Part shown: in pieces, positions 30,085-40,008 of the stretch
Layout of the letters: each line of letters begins with the position of its first letter
Position numbering within the stretch: position 1 is the first letter of the stretch
Origin: Planctomycetota bacterium
GTDB taxonomy: Bacteria > Planctomycetota > PLA2 > JAEUHO01
DNA length: 64,000 bases
NCBI GenBank assembly: GCA_050248855.1
Contig: JBFWRP010000001.1
Coordinates: 128,001-192,000, forward strand
Reading direction: 5' to 3'
Made by a program: the position numbers and the translations under genes
Notes under the pieces: model-generated
What the model was told of the DNA's origin: nothing
The model's input: only the letters and a program-made list of their open reading frames with translations
The model's database searches: none

Positions 30085-31419
30085 TCAAACGCGCGCGAGC
30101 AAGCCATCGAGCATCTGCTCGACGCCTGCATCGCGTTCGCGCAGCGTGCGGACCTCGTGGACGGCTCGGCTCACGCTGCTATGGCTGCGCAGGCCGAACG
30201 CCTCGCCCAGGCGGCCGAGCGGCAGCGCACAGGCGCGGTAGACGAGGTACATGGCCACGCGGCGCGGGAAGGCGGCCTGGCGCAGCTTGGTCGGGCGCTC
30301 CAGCCAGCGGTCGTCCACCCCGAAGTGCTCGGCGACGACTTGCTTCACGCGGCGCACGACCTCCTCGCTGGGCGTGAGCGAGACCCCCGGGGCCACCTCC
30401 TCCAGCCACGAGGCATCGAGCGGCTCGCCGACCAGGCGCGAGCCCAGCGCCCAGCGGTCCGCCAGCGCGATCGCGCCCGGTGCGGAGCTGCTGCGGCGAC
30501 GCATGGCCTGGCGGACCTCGTCGGGCAGGACCTGGGCCTGGGCGGCCGCACGGCGAACCAGGATCTCGTCGAGCACGGCGTCCGACGGCGCGCGCAGGCG
30601 GGCCTCCAAGCCGGCTGCCAAGCGACACCTCAGCCGCTCGGAGAGGCCGCCCAGCTCCGCCGGCGCCACGCGGCTGGCCAACACCCAGCAGGGGCCCGTC
30701 TCGCCCCGGCTGCGGTCGAGCAGGCGCACGAGCTCCTCCTGCGTCGCGGCGCGGTCGGCGAGCTCGTCCAGGCCGTCGAGCAGGACGAGCTCGCGCTCGG
30801 CCAGGGACAGCTCGAAGGCACGAACGGCATCCATGTCGCGGGCGCGAAGAGCCGCGACGTAGCGCTGCGTGAGGCCGTGCGCGTCCAACAGCGTCACGGC
30901 GCCGGGCGAGCGCCGCCCGCGGACGGCGGCCGCTGCCTGCAGCAGGTGGGTCTTGCCGCTTCCCGGGGGGCCCACGATCACGAGCGGTCCGCGCGTCGCG
31001 TTCGCACCGGACGTCGCGAGCCGCTCCACGAGGAGGACGGCGAAGCGGTTCACGCTGTCGGCGACGAAGCCGTCGAAGGTCGGAGCCGGGCGATGGTCGG
31101 CCAGCAGCGCCTCCCACTCGCCCGGCTTTTGGGGCAAGCGATCGCGCAGCGCGCCGCGGCGGGCGGCTTCCTCGCTGACGCGCACGTCGACGTGCACGCC
31201 CTCGCCCAGGACGCGTTCGCAGGCCTGGCGCAGCACGTCCCCGAAGGTGACCTGCATCCACGCCAAGTGGACGTCGCTGGGGACGTCGAGGACGACCTGC
31301 TCGCCGTCGACGTCGGCGACGGCAAGGTCGCGGAACCACAGCCGGAAGCGGTGGCGGCCCACCGCCTCCACGAGCTCCGCCTTCAGGCCGTCCTGGATCT
31401 CGCGGATCGTCGTGTTCAC
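30085..31419 (-). CDS. Divergent DnaA paralog (domains I, III, IV)
   Basis: FRLWF domain I, TFDGFV...N, GPPGSGKTHLL, RLRCRL, PRRVAMYL...FGLRSHSSV. Confidence 0.85.
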   Translation of the reverse strand: MNTTIREIQDGLKAELVEAVGRHRFRLWFRDLAVADVDGEQVVLDVPSDVHLAWMQVTFGDVLRQACERVLGEGVHVDVRVSEEAARRGALRDRLPQKPGEWEALLADHRPAPTFDGFVADSVNRFAVLLVERLATSGANATRGPLVIVGPPGSGKTHLLQAAAAVRGRRSPGAVTLLDAHGLTQRYVAALRARDMDAVRAFELSLAERELVLLDGLDELADRAATQEELVRLLDRSRGETGPCWVLASRVAPAELGGLSERLRCRLAAGLEARLRAPSDAVLDEILVRRAAAQAQVLPDEVRQAMRRRSSSAPGAIALADRWALGSRLVGEPLDASWLEEVAPGVSLTPSEEVVRRVKQVVAEHFGVDDRWLERPTKLRQAAFPRRVAMYLVYRACALPLGRLGEAFGLRSHSSVSRAVHEVRTLRERDAGVEQMLDGLLARV

Positions 31420-34400
31420 CGCCCCCTGCCTGCTTCGAGCGCACGTTCCTTGAGGGTACGCGAACCGATGTGGTCGGGGGAGAGGCGGATGCCGGCCAGC
31501 GCGGCCTCGAGGGCCTCCTCGGGCTGCCCGGCCTCCAGCGCCGCATACCCCAGCGCCATCAGGTCGTCGAGCATGCCCTTGGGGACGCGCTCCTCTTCGC
31601 GCAGCAGCCAGCCGAGCTCGACCTGGACGCGTCGCTCGCGCAGCGCCTCCTCATGCCGCCCGAGCTGCTGCAGTGCGTCCGCGAGCCAACGGTGGAACTC
31701 CATGTCGGGCGGCGCACGGCCCGTCCGCCCCTCGGCTCCGGTGCCGAAGGGACAGATGTCCACCATTTCTTCACCGAGGCGGACGACGTCTTCCCACCGG
31801 CCCTCCTCGCGTGCCCGGCCCATCAGCTCCTTGCGGGCCGTGAAGTCGTGCGGCTGCACGCGCGTGTAGGCCTCGAGCTCGGCCAGGGCCGCCTCCATGT
31901 CCCCCGCGCCCCGGTAGGCCTTCGCCAGGGCGAGGTAGGCGTTGCCCCTGCTGGCGTAGGGGGGGAAGCACGCCTTGGCGGCTTTCCAGTGCCCGATGGC
32001 GGCCGTCATCCCGCCGCCCTCGCCGCGCTGGGCCCGGTCGGCCAGGTAGAGACGCATCTGCAGGTCGTCGTGCCCGCTGGCGAGGAAGGCCTCGTAGTGC
32101 TCGCGGGCCTTGTCGTGGTGCCCGCCGTCGGCCGCGAACCGACCGAGCAGCAGGATCACGTAGGGGTCCTCCGGCGCGAGGGCCTTGGCCTTGGCCAACG
32201 CGGCCCCGGCGTCCACGCTGCGCTCGCGCTGGTAGTGCGCCCACGCCAGTCGCGTCCACGCCTGCGCATCGCCGGCCTGCTTGCGCACGCGCTGCTGGAG
32301 CTCCTCGAGGGTCTGGTCGTCCCAGGTCGGGACCATCTTGTAGTCCTTGACCAGGTCGTGGACGTAGGCACGGAACGTGGCGTCGTAGCTGTCCAGATCG
32401 ACGCCCAGGACATCCCGGAACACGTCGGCCGTCGGCCGGTCCTTGGCGAACTCGCGCAGCATCGCGGGAATCACCTCGAAGCCGCGATCCCCCAGCAGCT
32501 GGTCGGCGATGAGACCGCCCTGGTAGTAGGCGAACAGGATGTCGGGACCCTGGAAGGCCTGGTTGATCTCCGCCATGCGCAGCAGGCGGTCGTTGTGGTA
32601 GCGGTCGAAGAGCTGACGCTCCATGTCCCGCCCCCAGATCGCCTTGCGCTGCTGCTCCTCGAAGACGCTCAGGCCCTCGGTGAGCCAGCGCGGGACCTGG
32701 CCCTGGCTCTGCTGGAGGGTGACGACGTGCGCGTACTCGTGCCACGCGGTGCGCGACCAGGAGAAGCTGCCGATCGGCAGGGCCGTCGGGCCGAGCAGCG
32801 TGACCACCCGCCCGAAGCAGACCCCCAGCGCCGGCAGGCCGGGCACGCCGATGCTGCGCACGCTGAAGTCGTCCGAGCGGTCGAACGCGTCCACGTGGAT
32901 CGGCGTGTCCACCTCGTGGCCGTACTTGTCGCCGAGCACCTGCCACGAGCTCTCGAGGAGGGCCGGTAGGTAGTGCTGCATGACGCCGGCTTCGCGGGCG
33001 GGGAGGCGGATGCGGAAGTGCGGCGTCTCGAGCGTCTTGAGCTGCGGGATGACGTCGTCGAGGACGGTGATCCAGTTGTCGCGGTGGACGTCCTTGTGCC
33101 GCTTGCTGGCGGACACGCCCTTGCCGAACGCTTCGCGCGCCGCGTCCGTCTCCCCCAGGTTCATCAGGGCCTCGCCGAGCACGACCCACGCGGACGGATC
33201 ATGGGGATCGACGTCGATGGCGCGCCGCGCCGCGTCGGCGGCCAGGTCGTAGCGCCGGCGGCGCTCGCCCAACAGCTCGGCCGTCCGCACGTGGACCTGG
33301 CCGTAGGTGGGGTCGTAGGCGAGGATCTCGGCAACGATGCGCTCGTGCTCGGCGTCGTTGCCGAGCACGGCCTCCAGCGCGGCGCGCACGGCCCGCACTT
33401 CACGGTCATCGGGCGCGACCTCGGCCGCACGCGCGAGGTCCTTGCGCGCGGCGTCGTAGTCGCCGTTGCCCACGTGCACCGACGCGCGCAGGGCCAAGGC
33501 ATCCACGTGGTTCGGGTTGGTCGAAAGCGCGCGCTCGAGCTGCTTGAGCGCCATCCCCTGCTGCCAGAACACGAGATCGATGCGCGCCGAGGCCACCCGC
33601 GCGTCGGCGTACTCGGGGTTGCTCTCCAGGAGTCGGCGCAGGCGCGTGCGTGCCTTGGCTTGGCCGGTGGGCCCCTTGTCCGAGCGCCAGGCCTCCGCCA
33701 AGGCAAACGCCGCGTCCTGGTCGTCGTCGTGCTCGTCGACGTAGGTGCCGAGCAGGTCGATGACGTCCTGCTTGAGGTCGACCCCCTGGCTCGTGGACAC
33801 GCGCGTGGCGCCGAGCGCGGCCTCGGCCACCCACATGACGTCCTCCGGCGGCGTGAGGCGTGGACGATAGGCCTTCACGACCTCGGCGTAGCTGGCGTAG
33901 GCCTTGTCGCGTCGACCATGGGCTTCGTCCGCCCAGCCCGCGACCACCCGCGCGGGCAGGTCGTCGGGATGGTCGACCAGCCAGCTCGCAGCCTCGGCGC
34001 CGGCCACGTCGTGGCGCGCCAACGCACGCAGCAACCGCCACCAAGCCAGGCGCAAGGAGCGGTCCTGCGGGAACCGCTCGCGGGCCGCCTTCGCGGTCGC
34101 CTCGGCCTCGGCGTACTTGCCGGTGCGCGTGAGGACGCGCACCGTCAGGTACGGGGCCAAGGGGTCCTCGGGCGCCAAGTCGGCGAGGCGGTCCATGCGG
34201 GCCAGGACCTCGTCGTGGTTGCCGCGCGCGAAGGCCCTGAGGGCACGCTCCGTATGCCGCTCGATGTCCTCGAGGCGTTCCTCCTCGTCGACGTCCGTCG
34301 GCGGGGCGGCGGTCGGGTCGTCGTCGGCCAGGACCCGCCGGGGCGCGGGGAGGACGGGGAGGGCGAGTGCAAGGAGAAGCGCCAAGCCGCGCAGTGCGCC

Positions 34401-34433
34401 CGCCAGGTGCCCGGTGGAAGTGGGTTCGCTCAC
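31416..34433 (-). CDS. Exported multi-TPR protein with gluzincin (peptidase MA-like) domain
   Basis: Signal peptide; TPR arrays; WHEYAH...PRWLTEGL...AYYQG. Confidence 0.85.
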   Translation of the reverse strand: MSEPTSTGHLAGALRGLALLLALALPVLPAPRRVLADDDPTAAPPTDVDEEERLEDIERHTERALRAFARGNHDEVLARMDRLADLAPEDPLAPYLTVRVLTRTGKYAEAEATAKAARERFPQDRSLRLAWWRLLRALARHDVAGAEAASWLVDHPDDLPARVVAGWADEAHGRRDKAYASYAEVVKAYRPRLTPPEDVMWVAEAALGATRVSTSQGVDLKQDVIDLLGTYVDEHDDDQDAAFALAEAWRSDKGPTGQAKARTRLRRLLESNPEYADARVASARIDLVFWQQGMALKQLERALSTNPNHVDALALRASVHVGNGDYDAARKDLARAAEVAPDDREVRAVRAALEAVLGNDAEHERIVAEILAYDPTYGQVHVRTAELLGERRRRYDLAADAARRAIDVDPHDPSAWVVLGEALMNLGETDAAREAFGKGVSASKRHKDVHRDNWITVLDDVIPQLKTLETPHFRIRLPAREAGVMQHYLPALLESSWQVLGDKYGHEVDTPIHVDAFDRSDDFSVRSIGVPGLPALGVCFGRVVTLLGPTALPIGSFSWSRTAWHEYAHVVTLQQSQGQVPRWLTEGLSVFEEQQRKAIWGRDMERQLFDRYHNDRLLRMAEINQAFQGPDILFAYYQGGLIADQLLGDRGFEVIPAMLREFAKDRPTADVFRDVLGVDLDSYDATFRAYVHDLVKDYKMVPTWDDQTLEELQQRVRKQAGDAQAWTRLAWAHYQRERSVDAGAALAKAKALAPEDPYVILLLGRFAADGGHHDKAREHYEAFLASGHDDLQMRLYLADRAQRGEGGGMTAAIGHWKAAKACFPPYASRGNAYLALAKAYRGAGDMEAALAELEAYTRVQPHDFTARKELMGRAREEGRWEDVVRLGEEMVDICPFGTGAEGRTGRAPPDMEFHRWLADALQQLGRHEEALRERRVQVELGWLLREEERVPKGMLDDLMALGYAALEAGQPEEALEAALAGIRLSPDHIGSRTLKERALEAGRGR

Positions 34434-34526
34434 GGGGCCGAGTCTAGGCCGACCTGCGGGGACTGCCCGCCCGCGGGCCGCGTGGTTCGCGGCGAGGACC
34501 GTCCGCGTACGTTGTTCGAGGACGTG

Positions 34527-35999
34527 ATGGCCCTCCGCACCCGCACCGCCCGGATCCAAGGCCTCGTGCTGCTGGCCTTGGCCGGGGTGACCGCAGCCCC
34601 CACCGCCCGCGCGGAGGAGACTCCCCGGTCCTCTGCCCGGGCCGTCGACGACGCCCTGGCTCGCGCCGTCCGCTGGCTCGTGACGGAGCAGGAGGTCACC
34701 GGCGCGTGGGGCTCGGGCCCCAAGGCGCTGGGCCCGACCGCGCTCGCGACGTATGCGCTCCTGCACGCCGGCGTCCACGAGGACACGGACGATCGGGCGG
34801 GCCGCGCCCTGCGCCGCGCGCTCGCGTGGCTCGAGCGCGAGGAGCCCAAGGACGCCGCGAGCGCGCGCGACACGGGCACGTATGCGCGGGCGATCCTGCG
34901 CCTCGCGCTCGACCTGCGCGGGCGCCCTGCCGACCGTGCGTGGTGTGCCCGTCTGACGCGCGACTTGGCCGCGGCCCAGAGCGGGAACGGCCAGTGGGGC
35001 TACGAGACACCCACGCGCGACCCCGGACCCGCGGGCGACAACAGCAACGCGCAGATCGCCATCTTGGCCCTCGGCGTCGCGACGGCCGTCGGCGACCCGG
35101 TGCCACTCGAGGCGCTCGAGCGCGCCGCCGCCTGGTGGCGCGAGCATCCGCAGGCCGACGGCGGCTTCGGCTACGCCAGCGGCGGCGGCCACCCGAGTGC
35201 GTCCTCGGGGTCGATGACGGCGGCGGGCATCTCGTCGTTGGCGCAGCTGGCGGTCGCCACGGGGCGCGTGGACCCGCTGGCCGAGGACCTCGGCGCGGCC
35301 CTGGTGGCCGCCGAACCGGTGCTCGGGCGTGCCCTGGTGGCGCTGGAGGCCATGTTCCGCGTCGATCGCAACGAGGGCCCCACGCCCGGCCGTCGCGAGC
35401 GGCGACGTGCGTCCGGGCGAGGCTGGTTGCACTACTACCTGTGGAGCGTGGAGCGCGCGATGGTGCTCGCCGATCGGTCGCACGTTGGCGACGTCGACTG
35501 GTACGCGGCGGGGGCGGCCCATCTGCTGGACACGCAGGCCAAGGACGGCTCGTGGCGCGGCGAGCACCCGCTCTACGCGACGTCGTTCGCCGTCCTCTTC
35601 CTGACCCGGGCCGCCGACCCGCCCCGCGCGTTCACGCCCCGCGCACGCGCTCCGCACGACACGGTCACGGGGCAGGACCCGGCCGCCGACAGCGCCGGGG
35701 AGCCGCCGGTCGAAGCGGCCCTCGATCTCGTCGCCGCCGTACGCGGCGACGCCACGCTCGTGCAGCTGCTGGACGCTGCGCGCTCCCAGGGCCCGTCGTC
35801 GCTGATCCGCCTGGTGGCACTGCTCGACGACCGCGAGCCGCTCGTGCGGCGTCGGGCCTTGGAGGTGCTCGATGCGACGCTACCGCCCGAGCGCATGGCC
35901 GGCGTGGCCACGCACGCGCTCGCGCGGGGTCGTCTCGAGACGTGGCTGGCCCGCCTCGGCCCGATCCTGCGCCTCGTCGATGGCCGCTTCGTGCCTTGA
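34527..35999 (+). CDS. Exported prenyltransferase/squalene-oxidase repeat protein with C-terminal HEAT
   Basis: Signal peptide; QEVTGAW, QSGNGQWGY, DNSNAQ, QADGGFGY, YYLWSVER, QAKDGSW. Confidence 0.75.
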   Translation: MALRTRTARIQGLVLLALAGVTAAPTARAEETPRSSARAVDDALARAVRWLVTEQEVTGAWGSGPKALGPTALATYALLHAGVHEDTDDRAGRALRRALAWLEREEPKDAASARDTGTYARAILRLALDLRGRPADRAWCARLTRDLAAAQSGNGQWGYETPTRDPGPAGDNSNAQIAILALGVATAVGDPVPLEALERAAAWWREHPQADGGFGYASGGGHPSASSGSMTAAGISSLAQLAVATGRVDPLAEDLGAALVAAEPVLGRALVALEAMFRVDRNEGPTPGRRERRRASGRGWLHYYLWSVERAMVLADRSHVGDVDWYAAGAAHLLDTQAKDGSWRGEHPLYATSFAVLFLTRAADPPRAFTPRARAPHDTVTGQDPAADSAGEPPVEAALDLVAAVRGDATLVQLLDAARSQGPSSLIRLVALLDDREPLVRRRALEVLDATLPPERMAGVATHALARGRLETWLARLGPILRLVDGRFVP

Positions 36000-36014
36000 G
36001 CCGCGCCGCGTGCG

Positions 36015-36446
36015 CTACGGACCGGACGGCGGCGTGGGTTCGGGCGTCGGGGCGGGCGGAGCCGGCGGCTCCTTCCAGCCCATCTGCTTGAGACGGAAGA
36101 TGACCTGCCCCAGGTTGTCGTCGGCCGCCTGACGTTCGTTCGTCGCCTTCGTGAACGGACCGGCCAGCTCCTTGACGAGGGCCTGCGCGGCCTCGATCTC
36201 GGCGGCGTCCTTGCTGGCGCGGGCCTTCGCCAGCGCCAGGTTGGCTTGCTCCATCGGACCACGCAGCTCGCCCCATCGCTTGTTGGCGGCCCTGAGCTCG
36301 GTCAGCAGCTGGGCGTGCTGCTGCAGGAGCGGCGCCCACTGCGCCTCCTTCTCCTTCTGCTTCTCTTCCTCGCTCTTGCTGCACGCGACGAAGGCGAAGG
36401 CCGCAACCAGGCAAAGGGCCAGCGTGACGAAGGGGAAGCGCTTCAT
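36015..36446 (-). CDS. Small coiled-coil lipoprotein
   Basis: MKR...FAFVA-C lipobox; AGGAGG RBS; Pro-rich tail. Confidence 0.75.
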   Translation of the reverse strand: MKRFPFVTLALCLVAAFAFVACSKSEEEKQKEKEAQWAPLLQQHAQLLTELRAANKRWGELRGPMEQANLALAKARASKDAAEIEAAQALVKELAGPFTKATNERQAADDNLGQVIFRLKQMGWKEPPAPPAPTPEPTPPSGP

Positions 36447-36484
36447 GGTCCTACCTCCTGCGCCGGCAGGACGGCCGGCCTCCG

Positions 36485-37108
36485 TCACGCTACCGGCAAG
36501 CGGCCCTCGGGCGCCAGCGCGAACGTCACGAGGCGCTCCACGCCGGGTCGCCGCTCGAACGGCGCCAAGTCGATGCGCCGGATCTCCTTGAAGCGACGCC
36601 CGAACCACGCCGTGATCGCATCGCCCGCCACGTCGAACGGGGGCCCGCCCTCGCGTCCGTGCTCCCACAGGACCGCCACGAGAGCGCCCGCGGGGCCGAG
36701 CACGTCCGCCACCGCATCCACGTAGCGAGGCCGGTCCTGCGGGTCCAGGGCGCAGAAGCAGGTGTGCTCGAAGACCACGTCGAACGGCGCCGCGGAGCGG
36801 GCAGCCCCCGCCAGGAGATCGCCGAGCACGATGAGGACCTCGACACCTGCCAGCTCGACCGCGGCGCGCGCCGCGGCGATTGCCGTGGGCGCGATGTCGA
36901 GTGCGACGACGTCGTGACCGGCGCGTGCGAGCGCGATCGCGTCGTGGCCCGCGCCCGCGCCCGGTACCAGGACGCGGCGCGGGCCTTCGGCGAGCGGGCC
37001 CTGGCGAAGCGCTTCCGCCACACCCGGCGACGGAGCGCCGAGGTCCCAGGGCGTGTCGCCCGCCCGCCAACGCCCCTCCCAGGAGGTGTCGGCCGCACAC
37101 TCGCTCAT
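36485..37108 (-). CDS. Thiopurine S-methyltransferase-like SAM methyltransferase
   Basis: W...TPWD, VLVPGAGAGHD, FDVVFEHTCFCAL, GPPF. Confidence 0.9.
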   Translation of the reverse strand: MSECAADTSWEGRWRAGDTPWDLGAPSPGVAEALRQGPLAEGPRRVLVPGAGAGHDAIALARAGHDVVALDIAPTAIAAARAAVELAGVEVLIVLGDLLAGAARSAAPFDVVFEHTCFCALDPQDRPRYVDAVADVLGPAGALVAVLWEHGREGGPPFDVAGDAITAWFGRRFKEIRRIDLAPFERRPGVERLVTFALAPEGRLPVA

Positions 37109-39027
37109 CGCGCGTCCTCCGCGGGCGTCGCCGTCGTCTCGATGCCCAGCGTTTGCGTGAGGCGCTGCTGATGGCGGGGGATCCACACGGCGTCCTCCCA
37201 CCCGGCTCCCGCACCGGCCACCACGTTCATGATCGACGTGGGGTGCTCGGTGTCGTGGTCGCAGCCGCAGCAATGCCCGTACTCGTGGGCCAGGGTGAGG
37301 CCGACGGCGCTCGCAAAGCCGTCGACCAGGCAGCGGATCTCGTCGGCGCGCCGGTTCGCGGTGAGGTCGTCGCCCCAGCGCGTGCTGCCATCCAGCAGCG
37401 GCCGGTCGGCCGCCGAGAGCGGCGGGACCAACGCGAACTTCTGGTACATGGTGCGGCGCAGGAACGTGCTGTACACGGCGACCCAGGTGCCGAAGGCCTG
37501 CCCGCCGGCATCGGGGTGGTCGCCGGCGACGCGCGCCAGCCAGATCTTGTTCGTGGGCACCTCCTCGCCCGGGTCCCCCACCGCGATCGCCATGCCCCAG
37601 GACCAGCCGGGGATCGGCGTTCCGTCCGCCTCGCGACGGAACAGCTGGTGGGCGATGCGCGCGGCGCGCGCGAGGATCTCCTCCAGGATGAAGGCATCGA
37701 TCTCCGGCTCGGCGCCGCCCGTCGAGAGGCCCAGAAGCGCGAGGTCCTGTTCGATCGTGCGCGTCTCGCCCTCGCCGTAGGTGAGCACGCCGACGCGGCC
37801 GCGCTCGCCGACGGGCGGGCGAGGAGGGCGGCCGAAGCCCAGCGGCGGACCGCAGCCCTCCGTCGGCACGCGATCGGGCCGCGCCGCGCGCACGAGCCCG
37901 CCCTCGACGGTCCACATCGTGAGCGGCCAGCGCTCGACGGCCCCGTGCGGGGCGAACGCGAGGGGGCCGAACGTGGTGACGACTTCGTCTTCGGGGGCGA
38001 GTGCTTCGAGCACCTTCTTCAGCTTGCTGCTCTCGGCCACCCGCCGCGCCTCGAGCAGCCGCCGCGCACCCTCGTAGGCCCGGAGCGTAGTGGCCGTGAC
38101 GGGCACGCCTTGGCGGTCCAGGGCGCCGACCGCTTCCTCGCCAAGTCGTCCCGCGAGCTCTGCGTCAGGGCCGTCGAGCAGCACGGCGCCCTCGAGGGCA
38201 GCCAGGTGCTCGCCGAGCAGCGGGTCCCCGTGCAGCCCGTCGGCGAAGAGCAAGCGCGGATGCCACGCCGCCGCGGCGAGGGCCCCCAGGAGCGAGCGCG
38301 CGTAGCGCCCGGAGACTGCGGCGTAGACCCAGCCTGCCTCGCGCGCTTTGAGGTCGGCGACGTCCGCAGCCGTCGCCGACGCCGGCCAGACCTGGACCCC
38401 GGCGCTCTTGACCCAGGGGGAGAGGCTGCGCAGGAACGCCGCAGCCAGGCGGGCCCCCCGCACGGTCGGCTCTTGCACGATCGCCACGCGGCGGGCCGCC
38501 AGCGGCGCCACCACGAGGTCGGCGGCATGGATCCCCTCCTGCTCGGGCGTCGGACCGAGGTGGAACCAAGCGCCGGGCTGCGAGAGGCCGTCGGGAGGAA
38601 GGCCGGCAATGGAGACCACGGGCACCTTCCAGCCCCCACTGGCCTTCCACCAGTCCTTCATGCCGTCTGCATCCGGGAGCGCCACCACGCCGACGGGGTC
38701 GGCCTTCTTGACGGCCTCGAACGCCTTGCGGCGCGCGGACCCCTCGGCGGGCACGGCGATGGCAACTACTGCCACGCCACCCGGCCAGCGCGCCGGGTCC
38801 ACTGCCTCCGCCGCCAGCTCGGCGCCGCGGGCGGCCTGGGCCAGCCGATCGGCTTCCATGGCCTCGCCCAGGACCACGAGGCGCTCGGGCTTGGGCGCGG
38901 CGTGTGCGCACGGGCGGCCACCAAGCAGCGCCGCTCCGAGCAGCAGCAGCACCTGGGGCCACGCGGGTCGGGGCCCGCGCGGAGCGGTGGCGCGGCGGTC
39001 GGTGGCGGGGCGCGGGGCCTCGGACAT
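37105..39027 (-). CDS. Type I periplasmic-binding-protein-like domain fused to a metzincin protease domain
   Basis: Signal peptide; LivJ-like segments (RVAIV, LLFADGL, AYEGA, TTFGPLAF); C-terminal HEYGHCCGCDH...SIMN. Confidence 0.7.
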   Translation of the reverse strand: MSEAPRPATDRRATAPRGPRPAWPQVLLLLGAALLGGRPCAHAAPKPERLVVLGEAMEADRLAQAARGAELAAEAVDPARWPGGVAVVAIAVPAEGSARRKAFEAVKKADPVGVVALPDADGMKDWWKASGGWKVPVVSIAGLPPDGLSQPGAWFHLGPTPEQEGIHAADLVVAPLAARRVAIVQEPTVRGARLAAAFLRSLSPWVKSAGVQVWPASATAADVADLKAREAGWVYAAVSGRYARSLLGALAAAAWHPRLLFADGLHGDPLLGEHLAALEGAVLLDGPDAELAGRLGEEAVGALDRQGVPVTATTLRAYEGARRLLEARRVAESSKLKKVLEALAPEDEVVTTFGPLAFAPHGAVERWPLTMWTVEGGLVRAARPDRVPTEGCGPPLGFGRPPRPPVGERGRVGVLTYGEGETRTIEQDLALLGLSTGGAEPEIDAFILEEILARAARIAHQLFRREADGTPIPGWSWGMAIAVGDPGEEVPTNKIWLARVAGDHPDAGGQAFGTWVAVYSTFLRRTMYQKFALVPPLSAADRPLLDGSTRWGDDLTANRRADEIRCLVDGFASAVGLTLAHEYGHCCGCDHDTEHPTSIMNVVAGAGAGWEDAVWIPRHQQRLTQTLGIETTATPAEDAR

Positions 39028-39180
39028 GGCGGTGACGTTCCCGGCCTGCGGCGGCTACGTCAAGCGCTCCGCCTGCGCGGAACCCGGGATAGGATCCGAC
39101 CGAGGAGGGGCCCCCGCCGTCGGAGGCCCTTCGGAAGGGTCGGCGGCGCCACAGCTGGCGCCATGCCCCGTGGAGGACGC

Positions 39181-40008
39181 ATGCTTCGGACTCGATTTGC
39201 CCTCGCGCTCGCTGCGCTGTTGGGCCTCCCCCTGGCCACGGCCGCCCCGCTGGTGGGCGAAGACAACGACTGCCACCGCCTCGGGATGGAGGTCACCTGC
39301 ACGGTTGAGCCCAGCAAGGTGATCCTGGTCGGCGATCCCTTCGAGGTCTCGGCCACGGTCCGCAACACGGGCAACATCGCCCTGGCCAACGTCACGTTCG
39401 CGCTTGCCGGCGGCGAGGGCATCATGCACGTCGGCGGAGACGAGCTGCGCATCCAGATCCCCAAGCTCGAGGCGGGCGAGACGCGCCAGATCACGTCGCG
39501 GTTCATGAGCGATGGCGTCGGCGAGCGCCGGGTCAACGCTTCGGCGCGCGAGGAACGCGGCTGGGCCGCGGCGGGCTGCATCTGCGGCGTGCTGATCAAG
39601 GGTCTGCCGGCCTTGCAGGTCGAGATGGTGGACGTGGACAGCGCCCGGCAGCCGAAGGGCATCTTCGACGAGGGTGAGGAGTTCATCTACATCCTGCAGG
39701 TCGAGAACGACGTGGGCACCGCGAACACGCCCGAGCTCAAGGTCGTGTGGGAGCTGCCGCCCGAGCTGGAGTTCGTCAGCGGCACGGGCGACCGCGGCGC
39801 GATCATCACGGGCTCCGGTCGCTCCGCGGAGTCGAGCGGCTTCGACCTGCGTCCGAACCAGGTCCAGAACTTCGACTTGGTGGTGCGCGTGAAGTCGGTG
39901 CCGCCGACCAACCTCGTGCAAGCGCGTGCTGCGGTCGTCACGGCCGCCGGCGGCCAGGAGCTGGCCACGGAGACCGAGAGCACGACGGTCAAGAAGGTCG
40001 GTCAGTAG
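39181..40008 (+). CDS. Exported two-domain DUF11/OmcB-like Ig-fold protein
   Basis: Signal peptide; VGDPF...TVRNTG, GEEFIYILQVEN, LPPELEFVSGTG, TESTTV; GGAGG RBS. Confidence 0.7.
   Translation: MLRTRFALALAALLGLPLATAAPLVGEDNDCHRLGMEVTCTVEPSKVILVGDPFEVSATVRNTGNIALANVTFALAGGEGIMHVGGDELRIQIPKLEAGETRQITSRFMSDGVGERRVNASAREERGWAAAGCICGVLIKGLPALQVEMVDVDSARQPKGIFDEGEEFIYILQVENDVGTANTPELKVVWELPPELEFVSGTGDRGAIITGSGRSAESSGFDLRPNQVQNFDLVVRVKSVPPTNLVQARAAVVTAAGGQELATETESTTVKKVGQ

Noticed and set aside
30025..31500. oriC next to the dnaA-like gene
   Set aside because: No DnaA-box cluster, AT-rich unwinding element or dnaN; the gene abuts its neighbours.
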